The position numbers and the translations under genes were made by a program. The notes under the pieces were generated by a model. That model searched no databases. It was not told the origin of the DNA and saw nothing but the letters and a program-made list of their open reading frames with translations. Positions 1 to 7,422 of a stretch of DNA of 64,000 bases are shown one piece after another. How positions within the stretch are numbered: position 1 is the first letter of the stretch; each line of letters starts with the position of its first letter. The stretch covers positions 9,001-73,000 of the forward strand of contig CACHBU010000003.1 of the NCBI GenBank assembly GCA_902578135.1. Direction: 5' to 3'. The DNA comes from an uncultured Candidatus Actinomarina sp. (GTDB lineage Bacteria > Actinomycetota > Acidimicrobiia > Actinomarinales > Actinomarinaceae).

Positions 1-1457
1 AAAACAGCTCTTAGTAATGCTATAAATTGTCTTTCTCCAGCTGAGACATTAGCCCCTCTTTCACCAACTTCTTGGTCTAATCCATTTTTATATCTTTCAA
101 ACCAATTAAGTACTCCGATTTCTTGAAGTTCTTGTTCTAAATTAATACCTTCCGGATTTGAGTATATTAAATTGTTTTTAATTGAACCCCTAAATAAAAA
201 GCTTTCCTGGGGTACATAAGCAATGTTTTTTCTGGCCCATTTTTGTGAAACTTGTCTTGATGATTCACCATAAAAATTGACATCCCCTTCGTTAGGTAGA
301 TAGAACCTTAAAATAAGTTTTGCTATAGTACTTTTTCCAGCACCAGTCTCCCCGACAATTGCGATTTTTTCACCTTTATTAATAGAGAATGAAACATCAT
401 GTAAAACCCTCTCTCTGCCGTAAGAAAAGTTAACTTTATCAAACTCAATTACATTATTGTTGTGCATATCTGGAGTAATTGTTCCAGTATTGCTTAGAAC
501 AGGCTCTTCATCCAAAATTGAAAAGACTTTTTTCATAGAAGATCCTGCGGATCTCAATAAGTCATAATTAAATGACAACATTATCAATGGATCAAAAAAA
601 TAGTTTAAGTAAAAAAGTAATGCGACTAGTTCTCCCACACTCAATGTTCCTTGATCTATTCTTTGAGCAGCAAACCAGATAACAATAGCTATAGAAGTTA
701 CTCTTGTTATTTCTAAAAATGGAAAATAAAAGGCAATATTCTTTGCAGATTGCATATTAGCTTTAAAGTGCTCATTGTTTACTTTCTTAAAATTATCTAG
801 TTGAGAAGTTTCATCTGCGTAAGCTTGTATAATCCTAACCCCAGAAATTCCCTCCTGTAGTGAAGATAAAACTTGTCCAATCCATTCTCGAACAGACCAA
901 TATGCCTTATCTGCATAGTTTCTGAAAATTTTTGTTGCAATTCCAAGTAGTGGAAGGATTAAAAATGATAAGAAAGCAAGTCGAACATCTACAAGAAATA
1001 CGGCAATTGTAGCTCCAAAGATTGTTAGTAGTGCAGTAATAATGCTACTTGCACCCTCTCTTGCAAATTCATTTAAGCTTTGCATGTCTGAGGTCATTCT
1101 TGCAACTAAAACACCTGTCTTATTTTTTTCAAAATAATTAATATCTAATGATGAAAGATGTCTAAATAGTTTTTCTCTGACTCTTCTAACATATAACTCT
1201 CCAACCAATCCGATTGATAAAAGTGCTTTGCTAGCTACAAAATATAAAGCAACTAGTGTTAAAAAATAATAAAAACTTTGCTCAAGAAGGTAGTTGTAGT
1301 CTGATTTAAGTACTCCATTGTCTATTCCTCTAGAAATTAATTGTGGACCAATCATTCTGATTAGGGTTGCAGCCAGCGCAATTAAAGAGCTATACAAAAA
1401 TGGTCTGTTAACTTCTGGAACTAATTTGTATGATCTTAAAAAAGTATTATCTAACAT
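1..1457 (-). CDS. ABC transporter ATP-binding/permease (type I exporter half), partial; C-terminus lies beyond the window edge
   Basis: Hand translation of the minus strand from ATG at 1457-1455, which overlaps the upstream stop as TAATG: MLDNTFLRSYKL... A TM domain is followed by Walker A GETGAGKST, and a signature-like VSAGERQ sits at the window edge. Confidence 0.8.
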   Translation of the reverse strand, partial: MLDNTFLRSYKLVPEVNRPFLYSSLIALAATLIRMIGPQLISRGIDNGVLKSDYNYLLEQSFYYFLTLVALYFVASKALLSIGLVGELYVRRVREKLFRHLSSLDINYFEKNKTGVLVARMTSDMQSLNEFAREGASSIITALLTIFGATIAVFLVDVRLAFLSFLILPLLGIATKIFRNYADKAYWSVREWIGQVLSSLQEGISGVRIIQAYADETSQLDNFKKVNNEHFKANMQSAKNIAFYFPFLEITRVTSIAIVIWFAAQRIDQGTLSVGELVALLFYLNYFFDPLIMLSFNYDLLRSAGSSMKKVFSILDEEPVLSNTGTITPDMHNNNVIEFDKVNFSYGRERVLHDVSFSINKGEKIAIVGETGAGKSTIAKLILRFYLPNEGDVNFYGESSRQVSQKWARKNIAYVPQESFLFRGSIKNNLIYSNPEGINLEQELQEIGVLNWFERYKNGLDQEVGERGANVSAGERQFIALLRAV

Positions 1458-3223
1458 TATTGAGTATCCACTGATTCATTTTCTAAAAACAAAGATTTGT
1501 AAGTGTCAACATTATCAATTAATTCTGCATGAGTACCTTGTGCTTTAACAGATCCATCTTCAATAAACACCACCTCATCACAAAGCTCAATAGTAGGAGC
1601 TCTATTTGTAATAATTAATGTTGTCATGTTTTTCATCACAGTTTTCAATTCGTTTCTTATCTCTTCTTCCGTTGATGCATCAACAGCGGAAAGAGCGTCA
1701 TCTAAAATTAATACTCTTGGTTTTCTCAGGATTGCTCTTGCTAAAGCTATTCTTTGTCTTTGACCTCCTGATAGCCCATAGCCTCTTTCACCGACTTTTG
1801 TTTCATAAGACTCAGGTAGTAATGAAATAAATTCATGTGCTCTTGCAGTTAAAGCAGCTCTTTCAACTTCTTCTTGAGTGGCATTTCCTAGACCAAGAGA
1901 TATGTTTTCTCGAGCTGTATTTGAAAATAAGAAACTTTCTTCAAAAGCTAGGCTTACGTTACTTCTTAATTCATTGAGTTTTAAATCGTTAATATTGACA
2001 CCATCGATTTCTATTGATCCCGATTCTATTTCATAAAGTCTTGGCAGTAAATAAGCTAGTGTTGATTTACCAGAACCAGTAGCTCCAACAATTGCAACCG
2101 TTTTCTTTCCTTTAACATTAAAACTTAAATTATCGAATATTTTTTCTTTACCATATTTAAAATTCACCTGATTGAATGAAATACTTCCATTGCCATCAGT
2201 CGGAAGAGATTTTGTAGATTTACTATCGGTAATTAAAGGTACCTCATTTAACAACTCTAAAATTCTTGTGCCAGCTGCAACACTCGATGGAATTTCAGAT
2301 AAGAACCAAGCTGTAATTCTTAATGGCCATAAAAGTAGAAAGACATATTGTGTAAAAGCAATAAATTCTCCTAGAGAAATAAATTCATTTATTGATAAAT
2401 ATCCACCAAGAAGTAAAACAGCTAATGTAATAATCATTGGAATTAATTCAAACATCGGGACAAATCGAGTTCTTAGTTTCAAGTAATCAAGGGATGTATC
2501 ATATATGTCCGAGACGGCAGACTCAACTTTGCTGGAAGCATATTCTTCATTGCCAAATGCTTTTACAACTCTAATTCCTCCTAGCTGCTCTTCAACTTCA
2601 GTTGTCATTCTTGCTTCTGACTCTTTAACTTTTAAAGATACACTCATTGCTTTTGAAGAAAAGTTCGATGCTAACCAAAGAACTGCAGGGATGGAAAGTA
2701 TTACAATTGCACCTAGTGGGAGGCTTAAGGTCAAAAGAGTAATGCTTAGAATTAACAGCAAAAATATATTAGCTGTAGCGAGAGGAGCAATAGCAAAAGC
2801 AAGTCTAACTTGAGATGCATCACTAGATGCACGGGCCATTAATTCACCAGTAGGAACTTTGTCATGATAATTGAAGGCCAACTTTTGCATATGAGTAAAA
2901 ATTTTATTCCTTATTCCTGCTTCAACGTTATATGAAACATGCATGCCAAAGTATCTTCTCGTGCCAATTGAAATTGCTCTTGAATATCCTGCTAAAACCA
3001 TAAATGAAATTAAAACAATAAGATTTCTTTGATTTCCTGTAACAATTCCATCATCAATAATTATTTTTATTAAATATGGTTGAACAACTACAAGAAAACA
3101 CCACAAAACTGCTGATGACATAGCAATTATAAAATTTCTTTTATTTTCTATAATTTCTGCTTTGTAAAAATTTAATGCTTTTTTAAATTCTGGTGTTTTA
3201 AAGACTTTAAACATATTAAACAA
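1457..3223 (-). CDS. ABC transporter ATP-binding/permease (MdlAB-like heterodimeric exporter partner)
   Basis: 588-aa ORF with an N-terminal 6-TM exporter domain. Walker A GATGSGKST, signature LSGGQRQR, Walker B LILDDALSAVD. Confidence 0.9.
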   Translation of the reverse strand: MFNMFKVFKTPEFKKALNFYKAEIIENKRNFIIAMSSAVLWCFLVVVQPYLIKIIIDDGIVTGNQRNLIVLISFMVLAGYSRAISIGTRRYFGMHVSYNVEAGIRNKIFTHMQKLAFNYHDKVPTGELMARASSDASQVRLAFAIAPLATANIFLLLILSITLLTLSLPLGAIVILSIPAVLWLASNFSSKAMSVSLKVKESEARMTTEVEEQLGGIRVVKAFGNEEYASSKVESAVSDIYDTSLDYLKLRTRFVPMFELIPMIITLAVLLLGGYLSINEFISLGEFIAFTQYVFLLLWPLRITAWFLSEIPSSVAAGTRILELLNEVPLITDSKSTKSLPTDGNGSISFNQVNFKYGKEKIFDNLSFNVKGKKTVAIVGATGSGKSTLAYLLPRLYEIESGSIEIDGVNINDLKLNELRSNVSLAFEESFLFSNTARENISLGLGNATQEEVERAALTARAHEFISLLPESYETKVGERGYGLSGGQRQRIALARAILRKPRVLILDDALSAVDASTEEEIRNELKTVMKNMTTLIITNRAPTIELCDEVVFIEDGSVKAQGTHAELIDNVDTYKSLFLENESVDTQ

Positions 3224-3265
3224 TACTAAATGGGTTAAAAATTTAAAAATATAATAGAAATACTT

Positions 3266-3281
3266 TGTGCATTATTTCACA
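3266..3281. promoter_or_regulatory. CRP/GlxR-like operator candidate TGTGC-ATTATT-TCACA
   Basis: 9/10 match to TGTGA-N6-TCACA in the divergent intergenic region. It lies 21 bp upstream of the 3302 ATG and 10 bp downstream of a TATAAT at 3250-3255. Confidence 0.4.
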
Positions 3282-3301
3282 AGCATATTATCGTTCAAAT
3301 T

Positions 3302-4819
3302 ATGGCTGATGTGTTAGATAACAAAATAGAAAATGTATTAGATTCGGCAGATCGTATGTTTATTGCGACCAGTGTTGGTGGTAATTCTTCGGGTGCTTCT
3401 GTATTTTTCAGTAGAGATGGAGAAGACTTGGTTTTCTTTACATTTCACCCTACTCGTAAAGCAGAACAGATTAGACTGAATCCTCGTGTTCATGTTGTCA
3501 TATGGCCTAAAGGTCAAGAAGGAATTGAAGGTCTTCAAATTGATGGAGAATGTTACAAAATAAAAGATGAAGATGAGAAAAAAAGAGCCTATGAGTTAGT
3601 TCTTAAAACTACTGATGCGTTCAAAGAATACATGGAAGATGAATTTTTAATAAAAAATGATGTAGTTGGATATTACAGAGTAAAACCTACAACAATCAAA
3701 TACGTAAATTTTTATGAAGAAGAACAATTTCAATGGAAGACAATTCCAGGAAATAAAACTTCTGCTGTCAAAATGGCTTTTAAGCTCGGTCTCAAAAGAA
3801 TAGGACTTTGGCTCAGAACAATTAGGGCTCCTTTCCTCACAGCAACATTTGCACCAATTTTTATTGGAGCTGCCGTTGCCTGGAATGATTTGAGAGAGGC
3901 TGGTTTAGATTCTTCATGGTCATGGAGAATGTTTTGGTTAGTTTTAGGAGGAGCTTCACTAGCTCAAGTAGCAACAAATGCTTCGAATGATTATTTTGAT
4001 CATACTTCTAACGCAGACGAAATAAACAAAGTACCAAGTCCCTTTAATGGTGGAAGTAGAGTCATACAAGTTGGCTTAATGACACCGGGACAAGTCTTAA
4101 TCACAGCACTTGTGAGTATTGCAGGTACCGTAGCTATTGGTTTATATCTTAACCAACAAGTTAGTGGTTCATTTTTCGGAAATACTCCTATTTTATGGAC
4201 AGGTATTATAGGAACATTTTTAGCTCTTGGTTATACCGGAGATCCCGTCCGATTAGGCTATAAAGGATTTGGAGAGATAGCAATTGCATTAGGTTTTGGC
4301 CCTGTAATGGTAATGGGAGCACATTATGTTCTTACAGCATCTATTCATGAAAATGTAGTCTCTAATTGGAACTGGATAGAGGCATTGATTGCATCTGTGC
4401 CAATTGCAATACTTGTAATGTTGATTGTGTGGATTAATCAATTCCAAGACGCACCTTCAGATGCAGCTGTAGGAAAAAACACCTGGGTAGTAAGGACTGC
4501 AGAAAAAGGTGAGTGGATGAAACTTGAAAAACCACTTAGGTTGTACAAACAGTTTATGATTGAGGCTTTTGTTGCAGTAGCTTTGGTTGGAGCACTAAGT
4601 TTCTTTACAGATTTTGGTACTATGTATGCCTTCATGGCACTTATCCCCCTAGCGCTGGTATGGAAAGCCTTCAAAATGGCTGATGAGTGGATGATTAAGT
4701 GGAATAATCCAAATGCTGATCGACAAAAAGTTCCCTATGAGCTTCTGTTAGTCAACGTATCCACAATTGGAATTCATTTCTTAACAGGAATTCTCTTAGC
4801 TGTAGCTTACATTTTGTAA
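3302..4819 (+). CDS. menA: Fusion protein: N-terminal PNPOx-like FMN-binding split-barrel domain plus UbiA-family prenyltransferase (MenA-like 1,4-dihydroxy-2-naphthoate prenyltransferase)
   Basis: 505-aa ORF. Residues ~15-150 are soluble and PNPOx-like. Residues ~170-505 are polytopic, with UbiA motifs NASNDYFDHTSNADEINK and DAPSDAAVGKNTWVV. A UbiE/MenG methyltransferase follows immediately. Confidence 0.75.
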   Translation: MADVLDNKIENVLDSADRMFIATSVGGNSSGASVFFSRDGEDLVFFTFHPTRKAEQIRLNPRVHVVIWPKGQEGIEGLQIDGECYKIKDEDEKKRAYELVLKTTDAFKEYMEDEFLIKNDVVGYYRVKPTTIKYVNFYEEEQFQWKTIPGNKTSAVKMAFKLGLKRIGLWLRTIRAPFLTATFAPIFIGAAVAWNDLREAGLDSSWSWRMFWLVLGGASLAQVATNASNDYFDHTSNADEINKVPSPFNGGSRVIQVGLMTPGQVLITALVSIAGTVAIGLYLNQQVSGSFFGNTPILWTGIIGTFLALGYTGDPVRLGYKGFGEIAIALGFGPVMVMGAHYVLTASIHENVVSNWNWIEALIASVPIAILVMLIVWINQFQDAPSDAAVGKNTWVVRTAEKGEWMKLEKPLRLYKQFMIEAFVAVALVGALSFFTDFGTMYAFMALIPLALVWKAFKMADEWMIKWNNPNADRQKVPYELLLVNVSTIGIHFLTGILLAVAYIL

Positions 4820-5443
4820 TTGTCTGAAAAAGCTAACTTTTCAAACATATATAATTTCTACGATTTAATTAATACTGTTTTGACGCTTGGTTTTGATAAG
4901 TCATGGAGAGAAAAAGCAGCAGATAATCTTATTGGAACTTCAGTCCTTGATTTAGGAAGTGGAACTGGTGCTGCTTTTGACCAACTCCTTAATTATGAAA
5001 CTACTGCTATAGATCCAGATAAAAAGATGTTGGAGTTAAATACATTTGAAAATAAAGTTCTAGGAACTGCTGAAAACTTGCCTTTTGAGGACAATAGCTT
5101 TGACAATGTTTTTTGCAGTTTCGTGTGGAGAAATGTATCAGATACAAATAAAGCTCTTGAAGAAGTTTATAGAGTCTTAAGACCAGGTGGAAAGTTTATC
5201 CTTCTAGACATGACAAGACCTAAAAACTCTTTCTTAAGGATGCTACATAAAATTGGAACGTTTAAAGTTCTGCATTTGATTGGTCTTCTTACATTTAATT
5301 TAAAAGAGTATAGATTTCTTTATAAGTCTTTAGACTTTTATCCTCAGCCGGAAGAACATTTAAATAAAGATAATTTTATAGATCTCAAAATTGAGAGAAT
5401 GGGCGTCTTTAATTTTGTCTACCTTGCAGTTTTTACTAAATAA
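4820..5443 (+). CDS. menG: Demethylmenaquinone/ubiquinone methyltransferase (UbiE/MenG family), TTG start
   Basis: SAM motif VLDLGSGTG and LPFEDNSFDNVFCSFVWRNVSD...RVLRPGGKFILLDMTRP, typical of UbiE/MenG. The TTG start directly abuts the menA stop. Confidence 0.8.
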   Translation: MSEKANFSNIYNFYDLINTVLTLGFDKSWREKAADNLIGTSVLDLGSGTGAAFDQLLNYETTAIDPDKKMLELNTFENKVLGTAENLPFEDNSFDNVFCSFVWRNVSDTNKALEEVYRVLRPGGKFILLDMTRPKNSFLRMLHKIGTFKVLHLIGLLTFNLKEYRFLYKSLDFYPQPEEHLNKDNFIDLKIERMGVFNFVYLAVFTK

Positions 5444-5462
5444 TTTTTTATAAAGCTATAAA

Positions 5463-6089
5463 TTATTGATTAGCCAAAGCAATAAGTAACTGTCCTACTT
5501 GATCTTGGGGTAAATTACCAGTTCTTCTAGCAACAACTTTTAAATCTTTGTCTAAAAATACCCAGTATGGAAAAGAGTTCACTCCATAAGCTGTGCCGAT
5601 ATCTCTATCTATATCATAAATCTGCGTTTCTGACCAACCCTCTCTCTCAAGCCAGTCATGTGGTGGATAATTATCTCTTGACCTATCTATTGACGTAGCT
5701 ACGGCAATAATTTCTACACCTTGGGGAATACCAATGATGTCAATATATTCTTGTACAATTGGAACTTCTTTTTGACAGAATCCACACCAGTGAGCTAAAA
5801 ACAGAAGAACTTTTGCATTACCATTTTTCTCTAACGAGACAATCTCAGAATTTTCATTTGGTCCTGAAAATATTGGTGCATCAAGGCCTCTTGCAACATT
5901 GTCATCATTGTCTCCAGAATATTCTGGTAAGCCTTGTCCAGTAATCGTTGTCTCACCTTCAGGTAAATTCCCATCTAAAGGCTCATCAACTAAAGAGACA
6001 CCGATAGCAACAGCTAAACCTACTACCAAAACTACTGCTCCTGCGATGATAAAGTTTTTATTCAACTGTTTCCTTTCTCGAAATATCAT
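5463..6089 (-). CDS. Membrane-anchored TlpA/ResA-like thioredoxin-fold thiol:disulfide oxidoreductase
   Basis: N-terminal TM helix and thioredoxin CxxC motif WCGFCQKE. Confidence 0.8.
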   Translation of the reverse strand: MIFRERKQLNKNFIIAGAVVLVVGLAVAIGVSLVDEPLDGNLPEGETTITGQGLPEYSGDNDDNVARGLDAPIFSGPNENSEIVSLEKNGNAKVLLFLAHWCGFCQKEVPIVQEYIDIIGIPQGVEIIAVATSIDRSRDNYPPHDWLEREGWSETQIYDIDRDIGTAYGVNSFPYWVFLDKDLKVVARRTGNLPQDQVGQLLIALANQ

Positions 6090-6576
6090 AATACAACAAA
6101 GACAAGAATATTGTTAAAAATCCTGTAGTTGCCATAACGGGAATGCTTATGAATCCAAATATATCTACATACTTTAAATTACATGGAACATCTATTGCAC
6201 AAGAGCCGCCTCCTCCACCGCCATTTTGCAAATATATGTGATAGATACCAATACCAGCCCCAACAGCACTGAGATACCCTGCTTTAATTACTGATTTATT
6301 AAATAAACCTATTATTAAAAAAAGGGCTATTGGATACATTAGATAGCGCTGGTACCAGCAAAACTTACATGGAATAAAACCAACAACTTCAGAATACACA
6401 AGACTTCCAATTGAACAGAAGAGTGCGACACTGGCTGCAAAATTATAAAACTGATCATTGATTAATTTACTAAATCTTTTTTTTGTAAAGATGAAATACA
6501 AAATTAGAGCACTTATGGCCCATGCAACAAATGTGAAGAAGCCAAATAAAGTATTGAAAAAAACAATTAAGTCCAT
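6058..6576 (-). CDS. DsbB/BdbC-family disulfide bond formation protein
   Basis: 4-TM protein. CKFCWYQRYLMYP and a second Cys pair SCAIDVPC resemble B. subtilis BdbC (CELCWYQR ... C..VPC). Confidence 0.8.
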   Translation of the reverse strand: MDLIVFFNTLFGFFTFVAWAISALILYFIFTKKRFSKLINDQFYNFAASVALFCSIGSLVYSEVVGFIPCKFCWYQRYLMYPIALFLIIGLFNKSVIKAGYLSAVGAGIGIYHIYLQNGGGGGGSCAIDVPCNLKYVDIFGFISIPVMATTGFLTIFLSLLYYDISRKETVE

Positions 6577-6591
6577 ATAAGATTTTACCCC

Positions 6592-6624
6592 AAAAAAAAT
6601 GATAGGCGGACTTTGCCGCCTATC
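6592..6624 (-). terminator. Rho-independent terminator of the rhodopsin gene
   Basis: Perfect 9-bp stem GATAGGCGG/CCGCCTATC (6601-6624) followed on the minus strand by a run of 8 T (6592-6599). It sits 25 nt after the rhodopsin stop. Confidence 0.8.
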
Positions 6625-6648
6625 ATAAAATATCTATTGTAAAAAGTC

Positions 6649-7308
6649 TTAGACTTTTTCTCCAGATTTGATTCTTGCCATTCCAAGTACCAATACACCA
6701 AGACCAACTTTATTAATAATGTCAGCAATTGTGTAAAGAACTTCTCTAATAGCATCAAAATCACCTGCTACAGGTGCTAGATATCCTAATGGATAAATAA
6801 TCCAGCCAACAAGTATAAGGTTTTTGATTTTTTCAAACTGTTCTGCCTCTGCAGCTTTTAGTCCCATACCTTCTGCTTGAAGATTTCTCATCAAGTATAT
6901 GTATGCAACCATTGCTACTACGAATCCAGTCCAGTATGCATCACTACCTGCAGATGTTACTTCACCATAATAACCGCCACCAATCATCACGACAGCAGCT
7001 AATCCCCAGTTTCTAACTTTCTCGTTATACTCTGCACCTGAAGATGTTACGGCAAGTACCTCTACGAACATTAATGGTACTGTTAGGATCCAGTCGACAT
7101 ATCTTAAGCCTGTATCAAAATCTCCACCAGCCCATGAGCCAGTCATTTTGTTGTAATGATACCAAGCTATTCCTGTCACAAGAGCGGAGATATATACTCC
7201 TCTTCTGTGTTTTGGATCTACTTCTCTAGATGATGCCAGTAAAAATACTGTACCAGCGAGCATACCCACTGTTGCAACCATAAAGAGTCTGTAAGTAAGT
7301 TCAGCCAT
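6649..7308 (-). CDS. Type-1 microbial rhodopsin, PR/xanthorhodopsin-like outward proton pump (DTE motif)
   Basis: 219 aa, 7 TM. RYVDWILTVPLMFVE gives D72/T76/E83. WYHY supplies the conserved His (H51). ADIINK supplies counterion D196 and retinal Lys K200. Confidence 0.9.
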   Translation of the reverse strand: MAELTYRLFMVATVGMLAGTVFLLASSREVDPKHRRGVYISALVTGIAWYHYNKMTGSWAGGDFDTGLRYVDWILTVPLMFVEVLAVTSSGAEYNEKVRNWGLAAVVMIGGGYYGEVTSAGSDAYWTGFVVAMVAYIYLMRNLQAEGMGLKAAEAEQFEKIKNLILVGWIIYPLGYLAPVAGDFDAIREVLYTIADIINKVGLGVLVLGMARIKSGEKV

Positions 7309-7338
7309 TTTAGCTTACTCCTTTGTTTTTAAATAATT

Positions 7339-7354
7339 TGTGAAACTAATCACA
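7339..7354. promoter_or_regulatory. Perfect CRP/GlxR-type palindrome TGTGA-AACTAA-TCACA upstream of the rhodopsin
   Basis: Exact TGTGA-N6-TCACA. Its centre is ~38 bp upstream of the rhodopsin ATG and it lies 15 nt upstream of the AAGGAG SD (7318-7323, minus strand). Confidence 0.5.
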
Positions 7355-7422
7355 TAATAATTTTATTTAGTTTGTGCACTTGTGATATGTATTTTTAAAA
7401 TTTTTTTTAAATTTATGTAACT

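Noticed and set aside
1318-1548. 76-aa plus-strand ORF spanning the junction of the two ABC exporter genes.
   Set aside because: It is antisense to two overlapping, well-supported ABC transporter genes and has no independent support.
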